Origin: Thermoplasmata archaeon
GTDB taxonomy: Archaea > Thermoplasmatota > E2 > DHVEG-1
Direction: 5' to 3'
Assembly: GCA_014894395.1 (NCBI GenBank)
Contig: JADBLO010000094.1
Coordinates: forward strand, 346-64,345
DNA length: 64,000 bases
The translations under genes were made by a program, and so were the position numbers. The notes beneath the pieces are model-generated. The model did no database searches. It was not told where the DNA came from and saw only the letters and a program-made list of their open reading frames with translations. This document shows positions 10,079-19,714 of this stretch, one piece after another (position 1 is the stretch's first letter; each line of letters opens with the position of its first letter).

Positions 10079-11284
10079 ATGAAATGTGTGATTCTTGCTG
10101 CAGGTGAAGGAAATCGGATGCATCCTCTCACCTATACAAGACCAAAGGTAATGCTTCCTATTGCAGGTAAACCAATCCTTGAATGGAACCTGTTGAATGT
10201 TCGTGCTGCCGGTTTGAAAGAGTTCATTTTTGTCGTGAGTTATAAAAGCGAGATGGTACGAGAATATTTTGGCGACGGGAAGCCATGGAACGTTAAGATA
10301 AACTATGTAAATCAAGGGAAAGCCATGGGAACTGCACATGCTATCGGAACAGTCGAGCCGTTCGTGAGCGACTGCATCGTTCTCTGTGGCGATACGATTT
10401 TTGGCACCAACGACATCAAACAAATCGCAAAGAAAGGTACCAAGATAGGATTAGTAAAGATTGACAATGCAACAGAGTACGGTATTGTGGAACTCAAGGG
10501 AAAACATGTGGTTAAAATCTACGAGAAAATGGAACATCCATTATCCAACGTCATCAACGCAGGCATCTACCATTTCAACAAACATATCTTTGACGCTATT
10601 CGAAAGACGGGAAAATCACCGCGAGGCGAATTTGAAATTACTGATTCTATCAATACGCTGGTGAGTAAAGAACCAATGGAAGGCGTATTCCTCAAAGAAT
10701 GGCGAGACGTTGTCTACCCGTGGCATCTGCTTGATGCAAATGAGGAGCTATTAAAGAAGTTGAAGACAAAAATCCAGGGAACTGTTGAAAAGAACGTAAC
10801 AGTGAAAGGAATCGTTGTGGTGGGGAAAGGTACGGTGATTCGTTCAGGTACCTATATCGAAGGTCCGGTAGTAATCGGTAATAATAGTAAAATCGGCCCA
10901 AATTGTTACCTTAGACCGTTTACCACTATTGGGAATAACTGTCATGTCGGAAACGCCTGCGAAGTGAAAAACTCAATCATTATGGACTATAGTAACGTCC
11001 CACATCTGAATTATGTTGGTGACTCCATCATTGGACAGCACTGTAATCTTGGAGCAGGAACCACGGTTGCAAACCTCAGGCTTGATAAAAATAATATTAT
11101 TGTTACATTGAACGGAAAGAAAATCGATTCCAAACGACGGAAACTCGGGATGGTCATGGGAGATAATGTACAAACCGGGATTAACTCAATTATCAACGTT
11201 GGCACCATGATTGGCAACAATGTGTTCATTGGTCTTGGAGCTATGGCAAAAGGGGAAATAAAACCAGATACAAGGATACTATAA
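10079..11284 (+). CDS. Second bifunctional sugar-1-phosphate nucleotidyltransferase / LbH acetyltransferase, a GlmU-like paralog.
   Basis: MKCVILAAGEGNRMHPLTYTRPKVMLPIAGKPILE, with LbH repeats in the C-terminal half. GGAG RBS lies right after the glmS stop. The track start at 10058 is a TTG extension. Confidence 0.85.
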   Translation: MKCVILAAGEGNRMHPLTYTRPKVMLPIAGKPILEWNLLNVRAAGLKEFIFVVSYKSEMVREYFGDGKPWNVKINYVNQGKAMGTAHAIGTVEPFVSDCIVLCGDTIFGTNDIKQIAKKGTKIGLVKIDNATEYGIVELKGKHVVKIYEKMEHPLSNVINAGIYHFNKHIFDAIRKTGKSPRGEFEITDSINTLVSKEPMEGVFLKEWRDVVYPWHLLDANEELLKKLKTKIQGTVEKNVTVKGIVVVGKGTVIRSGTYIEGPVVIGNNSKIGPNCYLRPFTTIGNNCHVGNACEVKNSIIMDYSNVPHLNYVGDSIIGQHCNLGAGTTVANLRLDKNNIIVTLNGKKIDSKRRKLGMVMGDNVQTGINSIINVGTMIGNNVFIGLGAMAKGEIKPDTRIL

Positions 11285-11344
11285 TGAGACCTGTTTATCG
11301 TCGTGCATTATCTATTTAAGATAAATATCTAATTCACCAAGCGA

Positions 11345-12970
11345 ATGATTGCACGAAAATCCATGCTTATTGTCATCGCTCAGTTCCTTACTAGATCTCT
11401 TGGTTGGGTAGGATTAGTTGTACTAGCAAAACTATGGGGAGGATTTGCACCTGAGGCTCTTGGTGTCATTGGTTTTGCCATGTCATTTGTTGGAGTATTT
11501 TACATCGTTGCTGATCTTGGTTTTGGTCAGGCTCATATAAAGAGAATATCTGAAGGAAAAGATCTCGGTACATGCATTGGGACTTTTTTTACAATCAAAA
11601 TGATCCTCACTAGCGCAATGGCAGGCATTGTACTTCTGGCCATGTTTCTCTTGGAAAATGTGCTTCATCAAGGCTTCCGTGATGCGACAAAACAATCAGT
11701 TGTTCTCGTCTTTCTTATTTATTACGTATTACTCAGTATTCAACAGATAGCATCGTATACGTTTAATGGCAAAGGCGAAATAGCGAAAATGCAAATCACC
11801 TCTATTTTTGAAAATATCGTAAAAGTACCTCTGATGATTCTTGTCGCCCTTGCAGGGGTTGGTCTAGTAGGTCTTGCTCCGGTCATAGAGTGGCCTGCGT
11901 TTCTTCGTCCGGCTCAACAATTTGTCGCAGGTCATCCAATCGGGTCTTTAGCGATGGCGTACGTATTTGGGATAGCGACAACGGTGCTCGTCGGGTTTTG
12001 GTTGATGAAAAAATATCCTTGGAAAAAACCAGACCGGGAGCTTGGTAAAAATTATCTTTCCTTTGCAATGCCGATGTTTCTTTTTACAATTATCTCAACG
12101 ATCTCTGGAAATATCGATAAACTCATGATTGGGTATTTTTGGACAGCAACAGAAGTTGGATATTATTTTTCTGTACAACAGATATTACAGATTATCTTAG
12201 TTATTTTTGTCGCATTTAATACTGTTCTATTTCCTGAATTTTCCGTATACAATGCGAAAAAAGATTTTGAAAAAATAAATAAAACAACTCGCACCGCGGA
12301 AAGATATATCTCTATGATTATTATTCCCCCCGCGGTAGTAATTATACTATTTGTAAATCAGGTGATTAGTATAATGCTGAATAGCGCTTTTTTGCCAGCG
12401 GCATCAACTCTCATCGTATTAACCGTATACGCACTCCTTATAAGCCTTATGGCACCATATTATTCATTAATAGCCGGTCTAAACAAACCTAGTATTTATG
12501 CAAAAATTGGTTTGGTGATATGTCTTATAAATATCACCTTGAACTTATTGTTCATTCCGCAATGGGGGTTACTGTCACCGTTAGGAATTAATGGACCCAC
12601 AGGTGCGGCAGTTGCTATGGTATTATCTATTATGGTTGGTTTTATCTGGGTACGATTTTCAGCTAAAAAGTTAACAGGTATTCATCTGTTACAGACGCAT
12701 ACACCACGCCATATTATCGCTGGTGTGGTGATGGGGCTCTTTTTGTATCTCTTTGCGTTTCACACGACATTTTTCTCCGCCATTCATTGGTATCATCTCC
12801 TGTTTTTTTCAGGACTTGGCTTAGTGATTTATCTTGGAGTATTATTTGTATTACGAGAGTTTACTAAAAAAGACCTCCATTTTTTCTTGGATTTACTTCA
12901 GCCTAAAAAAATGCTAAGCTACATTAAATCTGAATTAAAAGAGCAAAAAGAGGATATTAAAAATAAATAA
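11345..12970 (+). CDS. Polysaccharide/oligosaccharide flippase of the MOP superfamily (Wzx/AglR-like).
   Basis: 541 aa, polytopic with about 12-14 predicted TM helices, in the polysaccharide-biosynthesis-protein family. Confidence 0.8.
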   Translation: MIARKSMLIVIAQFLTRSLGWVGLVVLAKLWGGFAPEALGVIGFAMSFVGVFYIVADLGFGQAHIKRISEGKDLGTCIGTFFTIKMILTSAMAGIVLLAMFLLENVLHQGFRDATKQSVVLVFLIYYVLLSIQQIASYTFNGKGEIAKMQITSIFENIVKVPLMILVALAGVGLVGLAPVIEWPAFLRPAQQFVAGHPIGSLAMAYVFGIATTVLVGFWLMKKYPWKKPDRELGKNYLSFAMPMFLFTIISTISGNIDKLMIGYFWTATEVGYYFSVQQILQIILVIFVAFNTVLFPEFSVYNAKKDFEKINKTTRTAERYISMIIIPPAVVIILFVNQVISIMLNSAFLPAASTLIVLTVYALLISLMAPYYSLIAGLNKPSIYAKIGLVICLINITLNLLFIPQWGLLSPLGINGPTGAAVAMVLSIMVGFIWVRFSAKKLTGIHLLQTHTPRHIIAGVVMGLFLYLFAFHTTFFSAIHWYHLLFFSGLGLVIYLGVLFVLREFTKKDLHFFLDLLQPKKMLSYIKSELKEQKEDIKNK

Positions 12971-13009
12971 ATTAAGAGGGCTTTTTGTAGCATATACTAC
13001 TTACATTTT

Positions 13010-14098
13010 TCATACATTTTTTTCCATAAATTCAACTATTTCCTTTAACTGATTAAAGTCTACATGAACTCCTTCTTTTTGTATGTTTTGAGCCTCTTCC
13101 ATTATTGGCTTCCAACTATGATTTATACGTGCTAAATGTATTTTTTGTTTTAACTTTTCAGGAACGAACTGCATTATTTGGTCACGTAAGGTTGCCACTG
13201 AAAAAAGAAGGCGCCTATTTTTACAGTAATCCAGGTATGCTTCAACAGCTAATTTAAAATCTTCTAGAACTATTTCTTTGTCGGCCCCATCAATCCTAGA
13301 TAATTCAGTTGTCATGCTCTCATAAAAAAGATTCACTTCTTTTCGATAACGAGGATCTTTTAGCCATGTGTCGAACTGTAATTTTCTGTTATGTTCTTTA
13401 AAATCTATTGGTTTATTTTCTTTGTTCCTCAGCCACATCAGATCTTCAATCACTATTGATTTTCCCTGATAGCATGTTGCTAACTCGAATATAAGTTCTT
13501 CAATGTATGGTGATGAAAATTTTTCTTTTGTGAGTATTGTCATGCTTTTTTTCCATACTTCAGAACGTTGCACTGCGTATATGGTCGAACAAACATATGG
13601 GTTCATGTGCTCAATCATTCTTTCTCTGGTTGTTCCTTCAAAACACCTATAGCCTTTCATTTCATTGTACATTGATGTTGCCATTATTCCGCTTTTTGTA
13701 GTATAAAATCCTATGCACCTTCCAATACATGCTACAATGTCTTTGTTATTTTTCAAATATTCCATACATTTTTCAAGTGAACTTGGAATAAAAAACTCAT
13801 CATCGCACAACATTGCTGTGTATGCTGTATCTATCAATTCCAATGATTTTCTTATCCGGTCATGGAGGTATTTTGGAATATGATAATAATGCACATTATC
13901 CCCAAGGCCTTTGAGGCCCTCAGTGTTTATTGGTGTACTCGTTCCGTCCAATACATATAGTGTCACTGGTGAATCAGACCAAAAATGCATCTGTCTTAGT
14001 GCATAGTGTTGACGATTGTATGTTGGCACAACAAGTGTAAGTTCCGAAAGATTTGGCATTTCGTTCCAGTCAATTTTAATCATTTCCTGCCTGCTCAT
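13010..14098 (-). CDS. Glycosyltransferase, GT2-like.
   Basis: N-terminal LTLVVPTYNRQHY (GT2 VVPTYN motif), followed by LCDDE. 362 aa. Confidence 0.6.
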   Translation of the reverse strand: MSRQEMIKIDWNEMPNLSELTLVVPTYNRQHYALRQMHFWSDSPVTLYVLDGTSTPINTEGLKGLGDNVHYYHIPKYLHDRIRKSLELIDTAYTAMLCDDEFFIPSSLEKCMEYLKNNKDIVACIGRCIGFYTTKSGIMATSMYNEMKGYRCFEGTTRERMIEHMNPYVCSTIYAVQRSEVWKKSMTILTKEKFSSPYIEELIFELATCYQGKSIVIEDLMWLRNKENKPIDFKEHNRKLQFDTWLKDPRYRKEVNLFYESMTTELSRIDGADKEIVLEDFKLAVEAYLDYCKNRRLLFSVATLRDQIMQFVPEKLKQKIHLARINHSWKPIMEEAQNIQKEGVHVDFNQLKEIVEFMEKNV

Positions 14099-14115
14099 TT
14101 ATTTCAATTTCATTT

Positions 14116-14877
14116 TTATTTCGTCTTTTTTAGATATCCATCTGGTGCAACTGTAATTAATAATTTGTTTTCTATATTTTTATCAATTTCGAATTCAGGA
14201 TGCGATTTCAAATATTCCCAAACTGCGGTTTTCGGATTATTTCCATTTCCCCAGGGCCGATCTGCAAATAAATTATCGTTCAAATCTTCAATGACAGTAT
14301 CAAATACCACACAATAACTTCCTTTTGAAACGAGTGGCCCATATGCATTCAGTTCAGCCAATACATGTGCATGCGTATGATTTGAATCCAAACAAACCAA
14401 AATATTGTTGTAGTTCTGTGCAAAATCATGAACCTGCTTGACTATGTTTTTGTCAATTGAAGATCCCTGCAGCATTTCTATTTTTTCTGATAGCGGATGT
14501 TTTTCTATCTCAACCCTGTTATGTGCTCTTATATCGATATCGATCCCGAGCACCTTGCCTCTTTTAATTGCTTTTGATGCTTCTAGCAATGTAATCATGG
14601 AAGCACTTAAGATCAGTGAACCTCCATGGGCAATACCCGTTTCAATAATGAGATCTGGCTTTACGGCCCAAATCAGTTCCTGCATTGCAATGATGTCTTG
14701 TGGATACTGAATTATCGGCCTGCCAAGCCATGAAAAATTATAGGTATACTTGGATACTGACGAAGCGTTCATGAAGTTATGGGCGCAGGATTTCATCTCT
14801 TCGTTTTGACCATTTGCATCAATTCTTTCTCTTACTTCTTTTTCAAAGTTCATGGTGATCCACCTGTATGCAATCAA
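14116..14877 (-). CDS. CmcI/cephalosporin-hydroxylase-family class I SAM-dependent methyltransferase, likely a sugar O-methyltransferase.
   Basis: LIIETGIAHGGSLIL and overall PF04989-like pattern. 253 aa. Confidence 0.75.
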   Translation of the reverse strand: MIAYRWITMNFEKEVRERIDANGQNEEMKSCAHNFMNASSVSKYTYNFSWLGRPIIQYPQDIIAMQELIWAVKPDLIIETGIAHGGSLILSASMITLLEASKAIKRGKVLGIDIDIRAHNRVEIEKHPLSEKIEMLQGSSIDKNIVKQVHDFAQNYNNILVCLDSNHTHAHVLAELNAYGPLVSKGSYCVVFDTVIEDLNDNLFADRPWGNGNNPKTAVWEYLKSHPEFEIDKNIENKLLITVAPDGYLKKTK

Positions 14878-14952
14878 ATTGGTTGTTCGATTGTACCACT
14901 TTGGAATGAAAATTGGTAATAATAACTCATGCTATACCTGATATGAGTAAAT

Positions 14953-14968
14953 ACTCATCTTTACCTTT
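14953..14968 (-). promoter_or_regulatory. Putative TATA-like box for the transcription unit starting at 14877.
   Basis: The reverse complement of cctttatatatctaaa contains atatataaag, about 80 nt upstream of the start codon, in a 122-nt intergenic gap. Confidence 0.2.
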
Positions 14969-14999
14969 ATATATCTAAATTTATCTCATTTTTATCCTG

Positions 15000-15908
15000 C
15001 TACTCTGATTGCTTCAATAATTCCGTTGTGTAGTTCCTTATTTTTTCCGGTGTCAACCCATATTTGTCAGCAAAATAATTCTTGTCTCCGACGGTTCTTT
15101 CAAACCCATCAGGAGGGGCAAGAGAATATAACTCCGTTGTATACAATTTTGATTCTACGAGAAACTGGCTCAGTATATTATAAAGTCCAGAACTGGCAAC
15201 ATGGTCCTCAACAACCAATATTTTAGGATATTGCAGGAAAACCCTAGACATTTCGTCCTTTTCAAATGGTTTAATTTTATTCATACAATAAACAGAAAAT
15301 GCACCATCTGTACCTGCAGCCTTCAGACAATTCTCCAGCATCGTCCCATGGGTTATAACCAGGAGACGGGAGCCGCGATTTTCGGTAACCATATGATTAA
15401 GACCTATTTGTTCAGAAGGGAGATCGAGACAACCTTTTCCAATCCTTACATAGGAAGGATTCTTATGCTTGAATATATCCTCAAAAACAATACGAACTGA
15501 TGCCATTGTGGAAGGGGAATAAATATTCATATAGGGAAATACTTTGATACAACCTATGTCGTCAATTACCTGATGTGTAGGACCAAGGCCGCCATTGTCA
15601 TAGCCTGTCGATGTCCCCACAAGAACTACAGGATAATTATGTAGACAGATGTCGTTTCTTATCTGTTCATAACATCTCTGAATCAGGAAATTTGAAATCG
15701 TGTAACAGACCGGACGAAATCCCACATTGCATAGTCCAGCACTTATTCCTATCATATTCTGCTCTGCAATACCGACATTAATAAACCGTTCTGGGAATTC
15801 TTTTTGGATCGGATCCACCAAACCAAGCCCCATATCGGCCACAACTAGGAAGATGGTCTTATCCTTGCACATCTGTTCAATGAGTTGTGTAAAAAATACG
15901 TTCCTCAT
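15000..15908 (-). CDS. Transketolase, C-terminal (pyrimidine-binding) subunit of a split transketolase.
   Basis: Pyr/TK-C domain motifs (GPTHQ, ISNF). The start overlaps the upstream TPP-subunit stop by 4 nt. Confidence 0.88.
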   Translation of the reverse strand: MRNVFFTQLIEQMCKDKTIFLVVADMGLGLVDPIQKEFPERFINVGIAEQNMIGISAGLCNVGFRPVCYTISNFLIQRCYEQIRNDICLHNYPVVLVGTSTGYDNGGLGPTHQVIDDIGCIKVFPYMNIYSPSTMASVRIVFEDIFKHKNPSYVRIGKGCLDLPSEQIGLNHMVTENRGSRLLVITHGTMLENCLKAAGTDGAFSVYCMNKIKPFEKDEMSRVFLQYPKILVVEDHVASSGLYNILSQFLVESKLYTTELYSLAPPDGFERTVGDKNYFADKYGLTPEKIRNYTTELLKQSE

Positions 15909-16756
15909 GTCTGCCGCCTCTTTGACAGTTCAATAGATGCTTTTTTATATTCTTCATCATTCGGTGGTCTGTAATGCCAGACATTATTATTTTCCATAAA
16001 TGAAACGCCTTTGCCTTTGATCGTATGGCAGATAATCGCGCCAGGGGTCTCTGATTCCTTCAGCCTTTGAATTGTTTGACAGATTTGTTCTTCATCATGT
16101 CCGTCAACCTCAAATGTTTTAAAACAAAAGCTTTCGAGTTTGTCTTTTAGGGAGTTAAATGAACAATAGGAATTGATGTCTTTGGTGCCGCCTAAACCAT
16201 TCATGTCTACCAGGACGCAAAGGTTATCAAGTTTCAGATGTCCTGCGAGAAGAAGTGCCTCCCAGTTAGACCCCTCATGGAGTTCTCCATCGCCGACAAT
16301 TACATATACTCTTGAATCAAGTCCTTTCGATTTCAAGCCGATTCCTATCCCAACCGCAACCGAAAGTCCATGTCCGAGAGCTCCCGTAGAGTGTTCTACA
16401 TATGGGACAAAGTGGCTCGCATGGCCACTTAGTATCGACCCGTTCTTATAGTATGTCATAAGCTCTTCATCGGATAACAGGCCTAAATGGTTTAATATAA
16501 CGTAAAGGGCTGCCGCCGAATGCCCTTTGCTGAGAATGACACGGTCTCTGTCGTCTCTTTTATCCTTTATTTTTTTGATATCAATACCCCTATACACTGC
16601 AGATAGAATTTCAATAACCGAAAAAGAGGATCCAATATGAGACGCCTTGGATTGGTAAATAATATCCAATACTCGTTTTCGTAGTAGATCTGTCTTCTGC
16701 GTCTCTTTTCGGCTGTCAATACTACTTCGTCCCATTGTTAATTCCCTTTCCTTCAT
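15905..16756 (-). CDS. Transketolase, N-terminal thiamine-diphosphate-binding subunit.
   Basis: GDGELHEGSNWEALLLAGHLKLDNLCVLVDMNG TPP-binding motif, plus HSTGALGHGLS. Confidence 0.88.
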   Translation of the reverse strand: MKERELTMGRSSIDSRKETQKTDLLRKRVLDIIYQSKASHIGSSFSVIEILSAVYRGIDIKKIKDKRDDRDRVILSKGHSAAALYVILNHLGLLSDEELMTYYKNGSILSGHASHFVPYVEHSTGALGHGLSVAVGIGIGLKSKGLDSRVYVIVGDGELHEGSNWEALLLAGHLKLDNLCVLVDMNGLGGTKDINSYCSFNSLKDKLESFCFKTFEVDGHDEEQICQTIQRLKESETPGAIICHTIKGKGVSFMENNNVWHYRPPNDEEYKKASIELSKRRQT

Positions 16757-17544
16757 CCTGTAATATCTTTCTTCTTCCTGGAGGGATGGTCGATTTTTAC
16801 AATACCAGTTCTGGCCTTAAGCCCCGATTTACCGTTATCCGTAATGATTAAAGGATAAAGTTTCTTCTCAACACAGAAACTGTAAAAGCCATTGGACCAA
16901 TCGAGGTCGTCAGCCATAATTAGGGCATTTGAATTCAATTTTTCCCATACTAACGTCATTTCTTGTTTTATAAAAGCAAACGAATGGTCACTATCATGGT
17001 TATACAGATCAATCTTCTCATTCAACCTTGGAATCTCTTCAAGACTATTTCCCCGTATGAGTGTCCACCGCTCTTTCTGGGCAGGATGAACGATAAAACC
17101 AATATCCAGTCCTTGGGGTATGTCCTCGGAATCACCCACTAAATAATGCCTCGACATTTTGTCATCCGAATTTCTTGGAAGATCAATGGAAATCAACTTA
17201 CCAAAATGATTCCTTCTTAATGCATTCAGAATAAAACAGGTTGTTCCTCCATAAAACACTCCGGTCTCAAGGCAGACGGAAGGTCGATTGAGTCTGACGA
17301 GAATGTATAAGATAATCCTTTGTATCGCAAACCAATCTACTGATTCCAGGTTGCTATGTCTGAATATACCCTTTTGATACGTGAGCCTTACCTTTTGAAT
17401 CTGTTCATTTATCTCGTCCAAAAACTGTTGATCTCCCAATAATTCCTTGTACAGCTGATCTATCTTTGTAAACTCTACATTGAGATAATCAGCTAAGAGT
17501 TCGAGACTCATTGTATTAAGCGAACGGCATAATGCTGGGTCCAT
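16753..17544 (-). CDS. Class I SAM-dependent O-methyltransferase (TylF/Methyltransf_24-like). The probable true start is Met12 at 17511.
   Basis: SVCLETGVFYGGTTCFI and LIMADDLDW motifs. An ATG at 17509-17511 sits 4 nt after the stop of the small upstream ORF. Confidence 0.7.
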   Translation of the reverse strand: MDPALCRSLNTMSLELLADYLNVEFTKIDQLYKELLGDQQFLDEINEQIQKVRLTYQKGIFRHSNLESVDWFAIQRIILYILVRLNRPSVCLETGVFYGGTTCFILNALRRNHFGKLISIDLPRNSDDKMSRHYLVGDSEDIPQGLDIGFIVHPAQKERWTLIRGNSLEEIPRLNEKIDLYNHDSDHSFAFIKQEMTLVWEKLNSNALIMADDLDWSNGFYSFCVEKKLYPLIITDNGKSGLKARTGIVKIDHPSRKKKDITG

Positions 17545-17719
17545 TTTTTGTTTCCCTCTTTACAAGAAATTCTCTTCTTTCCCTTAATCTCTCTTCGTTG
17601 CCTATGCGAACGCCCTTCGCTGTCCACACAGCCTGGTTAAAAGGGCCGTAAGCATTTACTATCTCAATCTGGTCGGCTGAGATTCTCTCATCCACTTTGC
17701 TAGAGAGGTGTACCATCAT
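17516..17719 (-). CDS. Small hypothetical protein (67 aa).
   Basis: ATGATGA overlap with the stop of the upstream epimerase gene, giving translational-coupling geometry. The ORF ends 4 nt before the Met12 start of the downstream methyltransferase. No recognisable domain. Confidence 0.3.
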   Translation of the reverse strand: MMVHLSSKVDERISADQIEIVNAYGPFNQAVWTAKGVRIGNEERLRERREFLVKRETKNGPSIMPFA

Positions 17720-18627
17720 TGGTCACCCAGAAAAGCATTCAAGTCACGTAAGCCCTGCTCGAGGTTGATTTTCGGCCCCCAATGGAGAAGCTCTTTTGCT
17801 TTCTTGTTTGAGACTGGTCTGATGCTTATGTTATTAGGAGTTGTCTCAACAATCTCGGGATTCTTATTCAAGATTTTCTTTGAAGTCTCAATTACTTCAC
17901 CGAGTCTTAAAAGCCTGTTGCCCTCAAGGTTTATTATATTGAAGCCAGGCAAGCCAATTGACTTAACAATGCCCTCAACGATGTCAGAAACATTGATAAA
18001 GCACCTTCCGGTCCGAAGGGATCCGACAGTAATCTTGTCCTGCGTCCTGACCTGGTTGAAAAGAGACTCAACAGCTGACCAATTGTCTTTCCTGCTGCCA
18101 TAGATTATGCCGAATCTCAGGATAGCCACAGGGCAGAAGCCGTGCTTTGAATTCTGGCGGAGATTTCCCTCTGAGACTAGCTTTGAAAGGGCATACTCAG
18201 AGGTATGGTTGGCGATATTGATAATTGAATCCTCTGTCTTTTCCTCCCCTTCAACAAAATTGTCATAAACCCATTCTGTTGATGCGAAAATAAACTGTTT
18301 GACATTCCTCTGCTCTGCTGCTTGCATCAAGTTCAGCGTTCCCATCACATTGATAGTGAAACATTCATATGCCTTGTTCTTGCAATCAGAGTCCCTTGAC
18401 AAGGCTGCGAGGTGGATGATTGCATCAGCGCCGTCTGGAATGAGCTCTGCAATCTCCGGCTTGTTTATGTCAGCTGAGAAATATTCTGACCGCTGTACCT
18501 TTGGCAAATCCACACAGACAGTCTTGTAGCCAAGCGAATGACATTTTTTCACAAGTTCCTTGCCAACAAATCCTTCTGAGCCGGTTATGAAAATTGTTTT
18601 CGGACGATGTGCCTTGTTTTCTTGCAT
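17716..18627 (-). CDS. NAD-dependent sugar epimerase/dehydratase/reductase (extended SDR).
   Basis: TIFITGSEGFVGKELV Rossmann motif plus a YxxxK region. The first ATG gives MQENKAH; the track start at 18639 is a TTG extension. Confidence 0.8.
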   Translation of the reverse strand: MQENKAHRPKTIFITGSEGFVGKELVKKCHSLGYKTVCVDLPKVQRSEYFSADINKPEIAELIPDGADAIIHLAALSRDSDCKNKAYECFTINVMGTLNLMQAAEQRNVKQFIFASTEWVYDNFVEGEEKTEDSIINIANHTSEYALSKLVSEGNLRQNSKHGFCPVAILRFGIIYGSRKDNWSAVESLFNQVRTQDKITVGSLRTGRCFINVSDIVEGIVKSIGLPGFNIINLEGNRLLRLGEVIETSKKILNKNPEIVETTPNNISIRPVSNKKAKELLHWGPKINLEQGLRDLNAFLGDQ

Positions 18628-18808
18628 TTTTATCACCAACAGCTGAATGTATTTTATTGGCCTTTAATCACATTTCATCTTCTGTCAACTTTCTGAGGTT
18701 TCCTTTGGGATTTGATGTAACCATGAGACGCGTATTTTTTTCATCAACCCTGAATTCAAGAGTGATTTTTATGAAATCCTTAATGGCGTCAAGTGTATTG
18801 GCATGACC

Positions 18809-19714
18809 TTAATGTATTTTTCTGAAGTATTCAATAGTTTTTTCAATCCCTTTTTCAATGCTAAACTTTGGTTTCCATCCTACATCTGCTTTAATCCTTG
18901 AAATATCTGCCCAGAAATCCATGAGGGGAGAATCCGCAGGTTTTCCACTTTCTGAAACATACCTTTCGTTTAAATTATATAAGCGATAGACCGTGTTAAT
19001 GATATGTAGAATCTCCGTGGAATACCCTGAACCAATATTGTATACTTCTCCCTTCATCTCCTTAGTGATTAGCAGGGAAATCGCTTCGGCCACATCTTCG
19101 ACGTATACGAAATCATTTCGAGAATGAGGGGTTTTAATGTTCGGATGATCACCTGAACGAATAGAGGTAATAATATGCGGGATAAGAGAATGACCTTTCT
19201 GCTCTGGCCCATATACGTAAAACAGTCGTGTCCAGATAAATTCCATGTGATTTTCCCGAGCGATTTCTCGCCCCATTAAATGTAATGCATGTTTTGCCGC
19301 GGTGAACGCGCTCGATGGCTTTACCACTGAATCTTCATCAAGTTTGCCAGATTTCTGTCCGTATTCCCAACAACTTCCAGTACAAAGAACACGTTTGCAA
19401 CCAATCTCAGCTAACATTACAATCAAATTCAAACCATAGATCAGATTTTTCATGCTGGTTTTATAATCATAGTTTGGAATGTCCCCCCATGCCATGTGAA
19501 TAGTTACATCAGGTTGAAATTTTTTAACCACATCTTTCCACGCATCGATATTTGAAAGATCTCCCACGAATGCCGTTATTTTTTTATGATAATCAGTAAA
19601 AGACGGTTTTTCAGATTCTTGAATCAATAAAAGTAAATCGTGTTCTTCCTCCATCAACTTTCTTACTACATGAGTACCAATGAAACCTGTTCCTCCAGTA
19701 ACGAAAATTCTCAT
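18809..19714 (-). CDS. NAD-dependent sugar epimerase/reductase (extended SDR).
   Basis: MRIFVTGGTGFIGTHVV. 301 aa. Overlaps the upstream cupin-gene stop by 4 nt. Confidence 0.8.
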   Translation of the reverse strand: MRIFVTGGTGFIGTHVVRKLMEEEHDLLLLIQESEKPSFTDYHKKITAFVGDLSNIDAWKDVVKKFQPDVTIHMAWGDIPNYDYKTSMKNLIYGLNLIVMLAEIGCKRVLCTGSCWEYGQKSGKLDEDSVVKPSSAFTAAKHALHLMGREIARENHMEFIWTRLFYVYGPEQKGHSLIPHIITSIRSGDHPNIKTPHSRNDFVYVEDVAEAISLLITKEMKGEVYNIGSGYSTEILHIINTVYRLYNLNERYVSESGKPADSPLMDFWADISRIKADVGWKPKFSIEKGIEKTIEYFRKIH

